Below are positions 25,891 through 32,000 of a stretch of DNA of 32,000 nucleotides, piece by piece; the stretch's first letter is position 1, and every line of letters starts with the position of its first letter. The stretch spans positions 2,550,001 to 2,582,000 of the forward strand of contig NZ_CP080507.1 of the NCBI RefSeq assembly GCF_019464535.1, written 5' to 3'. The stretch comes from Horticoccus luteus. GTDB lineage: Bacteria; Verrucomicrobiota; Verrucomicrobiia; Opitutales; Opitutaceae. The notes beneath the pieces are model-generated. The model was not told the DNA's origin and made no database searches. It worked only from the letters and a program-made list of their open reading frames with translations. The position numbers and the translations under genes were made by a program.

Positions 25891-27009
25891 TTAACGGATT
25901 TTTACGGTGTGCAGAAACGCCAGAAACGCGTCGCGTTGCGCGGCCACGGTCGCATCCGGCCCCATGAGCTTGAAAAACCACGTCGCGCCCCCATGCGGCA
26001 CGATCGCGCCGATCAACCGTGGCGCCTGACTGCCCGCCGGCGGCGCCAGCTCCACGACCGCAAAATTGAGCCCGTTTGCGGAAAAACGCTTCAACGTCGC
26101 CTCCAGTTCGCCGGCGGTGAGCGGTGGCAACTGCACCTGACCGCGCCAGCGGTTCACATTCGCCAGATCGCCGCCGACGTCGCCCGGAAACGCCGTGATC
26201 GCTAGATCCGCTTCTCCACCCGCGCCCGGCACCGCATAACTGCCCTTGCGCATCGCCGACAGTGTTTTCTCGTGCCAGGCCGCGGGCGCCGCCCACGCCA
26301 GCGCCGCGCCGTCCGCCGTCGGCACCGCCGTAGTCGCCATGTCATTTCCCATGGCCGCTGGGCTCGCCGCCGGCGCACGCGCTGCTGGTGCCGCTTCGCC
26401 GTCGCCGACTTTCACCGTGTGCAGAAATTTTAAAAACGCGTCGCGTTGCGCGCTCACCGTCGCGCTCGGTCCCATCAGTTTGAAAAACCAGGTCGCCCCG
26501 TTCAGCGGCACGATCGCACCGATCAAGTGCGCGGATTTTTCGTCCTGCGGCGCCAGATCCACGACCGCGAAATCCAGCCCGTTCGCCGAAAAGCGTTTCA
26601 ACGTCGCTTCCAAGTCCCCGGCGGCGAGCGGGGGCAACTGCACCTGACCGCGCCAGCGGTTCACGTTCGCCAGATCGCCGCCCACATCGCCGGGAAACGC
26701 CGTCACCGAAAGATCCGCGTCCCCGCCCGGCCCCGGCACCGTAAAACTGCCTTTGCGCATCGCCGACAACGTCTTCGCCGTCCAGTCCGCCGGCGCCGTC
26801 CAAGACAGGGCCGGTCCTTCTGCCGTCGGGACCGCCGTGTTCGCCATATCGCTTCCGGTCGCCGCGCCATTCGCCCCGTCGGCGTTGGCCGCCGGCATCG
26901 CGGGCTCCTCCTCGTGGGCCACGCGGTAATGTTTAACTTTCGCTTCGCGACAGGCGGCGAAGCAGCCGAGGCACGCCACGGCGAGAATCAGCGGAGTGTG
27001 AAAACGCAT
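25891..27009 (-). CDS. putative lipoprotein made of two tandem ~148-aa domains of unknown function
   Basis: 372 aa. The signal is MRFHTPLILAVACLGCFAAC, with a weak lipobox FAAC. GGGAGG lies 5 nt upstream of the ATG (27015-27020, minus strand). The stop (25891-25893) is 3 nt before the ccsB start (25887). Two repeat domains each carry LSAMRKGS..VPG.GG.ADL..TAFPGDVGGDLANVNRWRGQVQLPPL. Confidence 0.8.
   Translation of the reverse strand: MRFHTPLILAVACLGCFAACREAKVKHYRVAHEEEPAMPAANADGANGAATGSDMANTAVPTAEGPALSWTAPADWTAKTLSAMRKGSFTVPGPGGDADLSVTAFPGDVGGDLANVNRWRGQVQLPPLAAGDLEATLKRFSANGLDFAVVDLAPQDEKSAHLIGAIVPLNGATWFFKLMGPSATVSAQRDAFLKFLHTVKVGDGEAAPAARAPAASPAAMGNDMATTAVPTADGAALAWAAPAAWHEKTLSAMRKGSYAVPGAGGEADLAITAFPGDVGGDLANVNRWRGQVQLPPLTAGELEATLKRFSANGLNFAVVELAPPAGSQAPRLIGAIVPHGGATWFFKLMGPDATVAAQRDAFLAFLHTVKIR
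25897..26340. repeat. intragenic repeat copy B (aa 224-371 of the lipoprotein)
   Basis: Aligns by hand to 26407-26847 at offset ~510 nt. Long identical DNA runs include GGCAACTGCACCTGACCGCGCCAGCGGTTCAC and TTCGCCAGATCGCCGCC. Confidence 0.9.
26407..26847. repeat. intragenic repeat copy A (aa 55-201 of the lipoprotein)
   Basis: See copy B. My manual protein alignment gives about 31 differences, including one 1-aa indel, over about 148 positions. Confidence 0.9.
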
Positions 27010-27314
27010 GAGCGCCTCCCGAAATCGCGCCGGATTGCCGAAACTTCAACCCAAACCGACACCTGGGCCCGAATGCGCCGGAAAAATTAGCCCCGCGCGC
27101 GTCGGCAAGTCGCCCCGCTTAACGCTCTCCGCGCTGCGCCCGATTCGTTTCCACCGCACCGCGCGTCTCTTAGTCGTCACGACCCAGATTCCCCAATTGT
27201 CCCCGTCACGCGTCCTGCGCCACTCGCCGCGCTCGATTCCCAGGCGATCCCGAGCGCGAACCAACGTGCGACAACTTACGCGATTCGCAGGCGGTGGACG
27301 ATGGCTCACGGCAC

Positions 27315-27348
27315 AAAAAAACGGCGGAGGTCTTCGGGACCTCCGCCG
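27315..27348 (-). terminator. rho-independent terminator of the TonB-dependent receptor gene
   Basis: The minus strand reads CGGCGGAGGTC-CCGAA-GACCTCCGCCG followed by TTTTTTT. This is an 11-bp GC-rich stem about 33 nt downstream of the stop at 27381. Confidence 0.75.
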
Positions 27349-27380
27349 TTGCGGTTAGCGCGTTCGTCTTTGCTTCCGGC

Positions 27381-30300
27381 TTAGAACGAAAGCGTATTCG
27401 AAAAGAGCCAGTTGCGGCCCGGCGACAGCACGAACGAGCCTTCGGAATACTGCTCGTCGGTCGCGTTGTAGATTCCAAGCGACGTCGCAATGTTTTGCCC
27501 GAAGATCTGCCAGGGGTAGCTCAATGTCACATCAAACACGACGTAATCGCCGGCTTGGTAGCCACCGTTAAGCGGATTCCAGTCCACCGAGCGACTGACC
27601 ACCGTCTTCGAGGAATAACGCATGCCCAGCCCCACGGAACCTCCGCGCGCGAAGCCGTCGGAGAACGTGTATTTATTGAACACGTTGAAGCGATATTCCG
27701 GCACATTTTCGATGCGGGCGCCGTAATAGATGTCCCACGCCACTTTCTGCGCGGCCGTGCCGGCATTGTAGTCCGGCGTGCCGGGCATGGGTTTGGTTTT
27801 GTCGTAGAGCGTCTTCGCCGTCCACAGCCACGAACCGTTGATGACCGCCTGATAGTTCGGCAGCGGCGACCAGATCACTTCGGCCTGGGCACCCTCGATG
27901 CGGTTTTTCAGGTTCGTCGTGCGCCAGCGGAAGACGCGGGTGTTGTAGCCCACCGTGCCGGGCGCAAACAGCGTCGTGTTATAGTTGAGCGGCTCCGAGA
28001 GATTCGACTGCGCGACCGGATCATCGAGCATCTGGTTCGTGCGCTCGCCGCGGAAGACGGAGAAGGTGCCGACGATCCTGCTGTCCTGCGTCGAGATCTT
28101 CGCGCCCAATTCCCAATTCATGCCATTTTCGTCGCGCAGGTCATCATAGGCCCCGCGGCTTTTCTCGATGGCCACGAACTGGTTGACCGAGGTGATGGTC
28201 TGGCCGAGATACTGGAAGGACCCGCCATTTTGATCGAGCGCGCTTTGCACCACCGGGATTTCATTGCCGGTGAAGACGCCGCCGACGTTGCCGATGTTGA
28301 ATTGGAACGTCTTCGACACGGACGCATACACGTTGATCGCATTCGTCACGGCAAAGGATGCTCCGGCCATCCAGGCATCGCCATGCCGTTTGTAGACGCG
28401 CAGGGCTTGAATATAATTCGCGCCGTAACCCCATGCATCGGCCGGATAGTTTGCCGGATCGCGCCATGCATTCACGGGCACCTGATACCACGGATAGTTC
28501 GCCTCGAGGTATTGCCCCTTCTCCTGCTGCCATTGCCTCCGGTAGCCCGCGATGATGTTCAACCGGTCGTTAAACGCGGAGAGCTGATAGTTCAGATACG
28601 CGGCGGAATTGATCGGCTTGTAGCCATCGAGCCAGACGCGGTCCATCGGGAACAGGATGTCGATCGTGGGGTAAGTTTCGAAGCCCGGGTCGAAATTGCT
28701 ATACACAGCTTTGACCAGCTTGATGTTCCCGTTGCGGTCGCGCACGACCTGGTTCACGGTGGGCGGGCCGGTGTCATGGCTGCGGCCTTCGCCCACGAGG
28801 TTGTCCGCCACCTGCGTGCCGCCCGTGGTGCCGTAGCCGGGGTTGGCAACCGGGTTGGTGGAACCGGGCACGTGTCCGTAGTAAGGGGTGAACTTGATGT
28901 CGTTCCCCAGATAGTTCTGCAGATACGTCGTATAGTTGTAGCCCGTGAGAATCTTGTGCTTCAAACCTCCGGTATTGAACTTGAAGATCAGATCGAGCTG
29001 GTGCGTGTCGGTGAGCCGGTAGTAGCCCGACGTCGCACTTGCGCCGACGTTCCAGTGAATGCCATCGCCCCACGGGGTGGTCACGCCTTCGATATTATTG
29101 AAGCGGCTGTTGTCATGGAGGAACACGTAACGCCCATCGAGCCACTCGGTCGGGGAAACATCCGCCGTCGCAGTGAACGAGCTCACATCGTTGGTCGTGC
29201 GCGCGCCACGGCTGGTGTAATTGAACGCCTTGTCGTGAATGAAGTTGCCGTTGGCATCGGTGTAATAAGCGCCGCGCTCCACTTTAGTATAGGCCGGGAG
29301 TGCATAATCACCCGTCGCCACGCGCTTGTTGTTGATGTAAGTGGCGTAGGCCAGACTCGGCGTGCTGGTGGTGTTCGGCACCTTCGGGCCGCTCGCCAGC
29401 GCCGCCGTTCTCCAGCCCGCAAAATCGGAGTAGATCCAATCGTAATCGTTCTGGTTGAAACTCTCGTGCAGCGACTCCGCTTCGATGTTGATCTTCAGCT
29501 TGCCGCTGTCGAACGGCACGAAGGTCATGCTCGGCGTGTAGTTCACGTTTTTCCGAAACTCGAAGCGTCGTTCGCCCTGCGTATCCTCCCACCCCCCGGT
29601 GAGCCGAAACGCCACTCTTTTCGACAACGGCACGTTGATGTCCGCCGTCAGCTTCTGCCCGCTGTTATCGTTGATCGAATAGCGAAACGTCGTGGGGATC
29701 TTCGCGAACACGGGTTGCTTCGTCACATAATTGATCACGCCACCCGGATAACCCTGGCCGAAGAACACCGCCGCAGGTCCTTGCACCACTTCCACGCGGT
29801 CGACGCTGTCCATATTATAAGCAATATAGCGGAAGACACCGTTGCGCATGATGGTATTGACCGGAAAGCCGCGCACGGTGAACGCCCCTTGCGGCGTCGC
29901 CTCGTTGCCCGGCCGGCGCATGGCATAACGGGTGTCGCCCGAAGCTGCCGCCGTGTAACGCAGCAGATCCATCAAGGATCGCGCATTCGTGTCGTCGATG
30001 AACTCACGGGAAACCACCGAGACGTTCATCGGCACCTTTTGAATCTCCATGCCGATGCGGGTGGCGGTCGCGGCGTTCGTTTTCAGGTAACCATGGTCGC
30101 GGTCGCTTCTCACTTCGAAGGCCGACATGACCGTCACGCCGCTGTCCGTCGGCAGACTGCGCGACGAGGACGCGGTGGTGTTCGCAGGACTCTCCGCGGG
30201 CGCGACCGCGCGCGGGCTGGCCGGCGCCGCGGCCGGCGTTTCGGCCGGCGGCGTCTGGTGGCGAAGCTTCGCGTTTTCGCTGCGCAACGCGGCGTTTTCC

Positions 30301-30440
30301 GCTTCCAGACGATCGACGATTGACTGCAAGCTCTCCTGCGCGCGCAACGGATTGGCGAGCAGAGCGATTAGGAATATAAAACCAAACCCGAGGCCGAGGG
30401 ATCGCCGCGGGCGGTTGGAGTGTAGTTTCTTGGGGTTCAT
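27381..30440 (-). CDS. TonB-dependent outer-membrane receptor with an N-terminal coiled-coil/Pro-Ala-rich extension
   Basis: 1019 aa. Signal peptide ...FIFLIALLANPLRA. Plug region VTVMSAFEVRS...KTNAATATRIGMEIQKVPMNVSVVSREFIDD...LLRY and VDRVEVVQGPAAVFFGQGYPGGVINYVTK. A long barrel region of Tyr/Gly/Asn/Thr-rich beta-strand-like segments follows. The C-terminal residue is aromatic (NTLSF). The 1009-aa antisense ORF is R-rich junk. Confidence 0.9.
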   Translation of the reverse strand: MNPKKLHSNRPRRSLGLGFGFIFLIALLANPLRAQESLQSIVDRLEAENAALRSENAKLRHQTPPAETPAAAPASPRAVAPAESPANTTASSSRSLPTDSGVTVMSAFEVRSDRDHGYLKTNAATATRIGMEIQKVPMNVSVVSREFIDDTNARSLMDLLRYTAAASGDTRYAMRRPGNEATPQGAFTVRGFPVNTIMRNGVFRYIAYNMDSVDRVEVVQGPAAVFFGQGYPGGVINYVTKQPVFAKIPTTFRYSINDNSGQKLTADINVPLSKRVAFRLTGGWEDTQGERRFEFRKNVNYTPSMTFVPFDSGKLKINIEAESLHESFNQNDYDWIYSDFAGWRTAALASGPKVPNTTSTPSLAYATYINNKRVATGDYALPAYTKVERGAYYTDANGNFIHDKAFNYTSRGARTTNDVSSFTATADVSPTEWLDGRYVFLHDNSRFNNIEGVTTPWGDGIHWNVGASATSGYYRLTDTHQLDLIFKFNTGGLKHKILTGYNYTTYLQNYLGNDIKFTPYYGHVPGSTNPVANPGYGTTGGTQVADNLVGEGRSHDTGPPTVNQVVRDRNGNIKLVKAVYSNFDPGFETYPTIDILFPMDRVWLDGYKPINSAAYLNYQLSAFNDRLNIIAGYRRQWQQEKGQYLEANYPWYQVPVNAWRDPANYPADAWGYGANYIQALRVYKRHGDAWMAGASFAVTNAINVYASVSKTFQFNIGNVGGVFTGNEIPVVQSALDQNGGSFQYLGQTITSVNQFVAIEKSRGAYDDLRDENGMNWELGAKISTQDSRIVGTFSVFRGERTNQMLDDPVAQSNLSEPLNYNTTLFAPGTVGYNTRVFRWRTTNLKNRIEGAQAEVIWSPLPNYQAVINGSWLWTAKTLYDKTKPMPGTPDYNAGTAAQKVAWDIYYGARIENVPEYRFNVFNKYTFSDGFARGGSVGLGMRYSSKTVVSRSVDWNPLNGGYQAGDYVVFDVTLSYPWQIFGQNIATSLGIYNATDEQYSEGSFVLSPGRNWLFSNTLSF

Positions 30441-30557
30441 AGGTTTGCGACGTCTCAGACCATGGAATTGATCCTGATATACTGAAGCCGGCGGGGTAGA
30501 GGATCGTCGCGAACGGGATGTAGATTACGCTTGTGAAACAAGTCGCCGCGGTCGTGT

Positions 30558-30570
30558 TGGAAGCGTTGCA
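30558..30570. promoter_or_regulatory. imperfect palindrome TGGAA-GCG-TTGCA just upstream of the LacI-family gene (candidate operator)
   Basis: TGGAAGCGTTGCA at 30558-30570, 5 nt before the ATG at 30576. The arms TGGAA and TGCAA match at 4 of 5 positions. It loosely resembles LacI/GalR-type TG.AA.CG.TT.CA operators, but the odd-length centre is atypical. Confidence 0.2.
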
Positions 30571-30575
30571 ATCCC

Positions 30576-31634
30576 ATGCTCCCCGCCCCTGTCACGCTTA
30601 GTGTTTTGGCTAAGAATTGTCAGCTCTCGGTGGCCACGGTCTCCCGCGCGCTCTCCGGGCATCCCAATGTCAAACCCGAGGTCCGCGCCCGCGTGCTGCG
30701 TGTCGCCGAGCAATGCGGTTACCGACGCAATCAGCTCGTCAGCGAGTTGATGGGGCAGATGCGGGGCCGCCGCACCCAGCAATTCATCGGCAACCTGGCT
30801 GTCGTCCACGTGCCCACGCCCAGTCAGCCCGCCATGCGACCGATGCAACGCCGCATGATCACGTCCGCCCAAGCTCGCGGACAGGAACTCGGCTTCGCGG
30901 TCGAAGTTTTCAGTCTGAATCGTGAGAGCGGTGGTCCGGCCACGTTGGGACGCGTGCTGCGCGCCCGCGGCATCGTCGGCGTGATTTTTCTCCAACCCAA
31001 CTCCAACGATACCACGAACGGCTTTCCTTGGGCGAATTTTGCGACGTTGCAGATCGATTACGGGTCACCGATTCCGAAGCTGCACACCGTTTGCCTCGAT
31101 CATCATCTCACGCTGACCAGTGCGCTCGGCCAACTCCGCTCCTTGGGCTATGGCCGCGCTGGCATGTTCATCGAACGGCACAAAGACGAGCGCCTCATTC
31201 ACAAATGGTCCGCGGCGTTTCGCTCCTTCCAAGAAAACCAAGGCGGGATCGATCACCTCCCCGTGCTGATGGCTGACCACATGAATCCCGCTACTTTCAT
31301 GGACTGGTATCGCCGCCACCGCCCCGATCTCATCATCGGACACGTTGATCAAGTGTTGGGCTGGCTTCGCGCGGCCGGAGTTTCCGCGCCCGCGGATATC
31401 GGTTTCTTCAATTTGAACTGGAACGAGCGCTCCGAGACCTGCGCCGGGCTGGACCTGCAACCTGAACTTCACGGCATCGTTGCCGTGGAAACCATTGCCG
31501 CCCAAATCCACCGCCACGAGAGCGGCTTGCCCGATGACCCGCGCACCGTCGCCATCAGTGGCAAATGGGTCGATGGCCCCACGGTGCGCGCCACGGCCGC
31601 TGCGCCCGAGCGTCACGCGGCACCGACCCACTGA
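30576..31634 (+). CDS. LacI family transcriptional regulator
   Basis: 352 aa. N-terminal HTH LSVLAKNCQLSVATVSRALSGHPNVKPEVRARVLRVAEQCGYRRN, followed by a periplasmic-binding-protein-like sugar-binding fold region. It is divergent from the TonB-dependent receptor gene. Confidence 0.85.
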   Translation: MLPAPVTLSVLAKNCQLSVATVSRALSGHPNVKPEVRARVLRVAEQCGYRRNQLVSELMGQMRGRRTQQFIGNLAVVHVPTPSQPAMRPMQRRMITSAQARGQELGFAVEVFSLNRESGGPATLGRVLRARGIVGVIFLQPNSNDTTNGFPWANFATLQIDYGSPIPKLHTVCLDHHLTLTSALGQLRSLGYGRAGMFIERHKDERLIHKWSAAFRSFQENQGGIDHLPVLMADHMNPATFMDWYRRHRPDLIIGHVDQVLGWLRAAGVSAPADIGFFNLNWNERSETCAGLDLQPELHGIVAVETIAAQIHRHESGLPDDPRTVAISGKWVDGPTVRATAAAPERHAAPTH

Positions 31635-31823
31635 ACGCGTTTGCAGCGGGGCAGACGCGCGCCAGCGGCGGGAAGCTCGTGTTGTTTCCCGCGATCCTGA
31701 ACTCGCGCGCACGCGCACCCGAGCTCGTGGGCATCCGGGCCCGCATCCCGGCCCACCCTCACCGCTTTGGGTGAGCGCCTCGATTTCCCGCGGGCGGGCG
31801 GCCGTCACGCCCGCCGACCGAAA

Positions 31824-32000
31824 TCACCGCGTTGCCGCAACCGGCGCCTCGCTGATCTCATCGACCAGAGCGGCAAACGTCGCGTAGCCATCGAGGCGCG
31901 CCTTGGCCGAAGCGCACGTTTCCTCCGGCACGAGCCCCGTGGCTTCGGCGAGAAACACGATGTAGCGCGCGACCCCTTTGGCGTAGAGCAACTGCGTTTC
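31824..32000 (-). CDS. 3' end of an unidentified CDS (gene begins beyond the window)
   Basis: The minus strand reads ETQLLYAKGVARYIVFLAEATGLVPEETCASAKARLDGYATFAALVDEISEAPVAATR, then TGA at 31824-31826. Third-position GC bias is consistent with coding. The fragment is too short for the track and I recognise no family. Confidence 0.4.
   Translation of the reverse strand, partial: ETQLLYAKGVARYIVFLAEATGLVPEETCASAKARLDGYATFAALVDEISEAPVAATR

Noticed and set aside
23283-26296. ORFs 23283..24602 (+), 24853..26205 (+) and 25220..26296 (-) overlapping ccsA, ccsB and the lipoprotein gene
   Set aside because: They have Arg-rich alternative-frame or antisense compositions. The called frames carry the WWD motif, ResB-like topology and the repeated domain respectively.
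27046-27309. 87-aa minus-strand ORF (and the 116-aa plus-strand ORF 27008..27358) in the long intergenic region
   Set aside because: The sequences are Arg/Gly/Trp-rich and low in plausibility, with no SD or start context. The plus-strand ORF runs through the receptor terminator. I treat the region as non-coding.
27294-30323. 1009-aa plus-strand ORF opposite the TonB-dependent receptor
   Set aside because: It is extremely Arg/Val/His-rich with no motifs. The minus-strand frame has plug, barrel and terminal-Phe features, plus its own terminator.
30441-30575. Possible riboswitch (for example cobalamin) or ECF-sigma control upstream of the TonB-dependent receptor
   Set aside because: The region is only 135 bp and is shared with the divergent LacI gene. 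I recognised no B12-box-like or other riboswitch core sequence, and there are no sigma/anti-sigma genes.

Overview
High-GC window (about two-thirds G+C by eye), densely coding on both strands. I call about 27 protein genes. I found no rRNA, tRNA, CRISPR array, transposase or prophage genes. The gene content suggests a Verrucomicrobiota (Opitutales-like) or other PVC chromosome: a DUF1800/DUF1501 pair, many secreted proteins and lipoproteins, a TonB-dependent receptor with an N-terminal coiled-coil extension, and a LacI regulator. That taxonomic call is inference only. Gene order: hemL 3' end; S55-like peptidase plus a propeller-like secreted protein; a multidomain DUF1800 protein, DUF1501 and a small anchored protein; xerC and mazG (minus strand); trpC and rsmA; a secreted protein plus a YeaQ-type membrane protein; lipoprotein, HAD hydrolase, paralogous lipoprotein, rpiB; MhqD-like esterase and DoxX; uup with a UdgX-like glycosylase, divergent from tag; alpha/beta hydrolase; YihY; a System II cytochrome c biogenesis operon (two-domain lipoprotein, ccsB, ccsA); TonB-dependent receptor; LacI regulator; a partial CDS. 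Most of this looks like core housekeeping rather than an accessory island, and I see no canonical defence or mobile system. The best candidates for undescribed biology are: (1) the DUF1800-DUF1501-pseudopilin-like operon; (2) a tandem-domain lipoprotein abutting ccsB-ccsA; (3) a UdgX-type covalent uracil-DNA glycosylase co-oriented with uup and next to tag; (4) an S55-like peptidase with no His upstream of its catalytic-type Ser; (5) a perfect 42-bp tandem duplication across a stop codon. The many long antisense ORFs in the track are high-GC artefacts and were rejected. All family assignments rest on motif recognition from memory. No searches were run.
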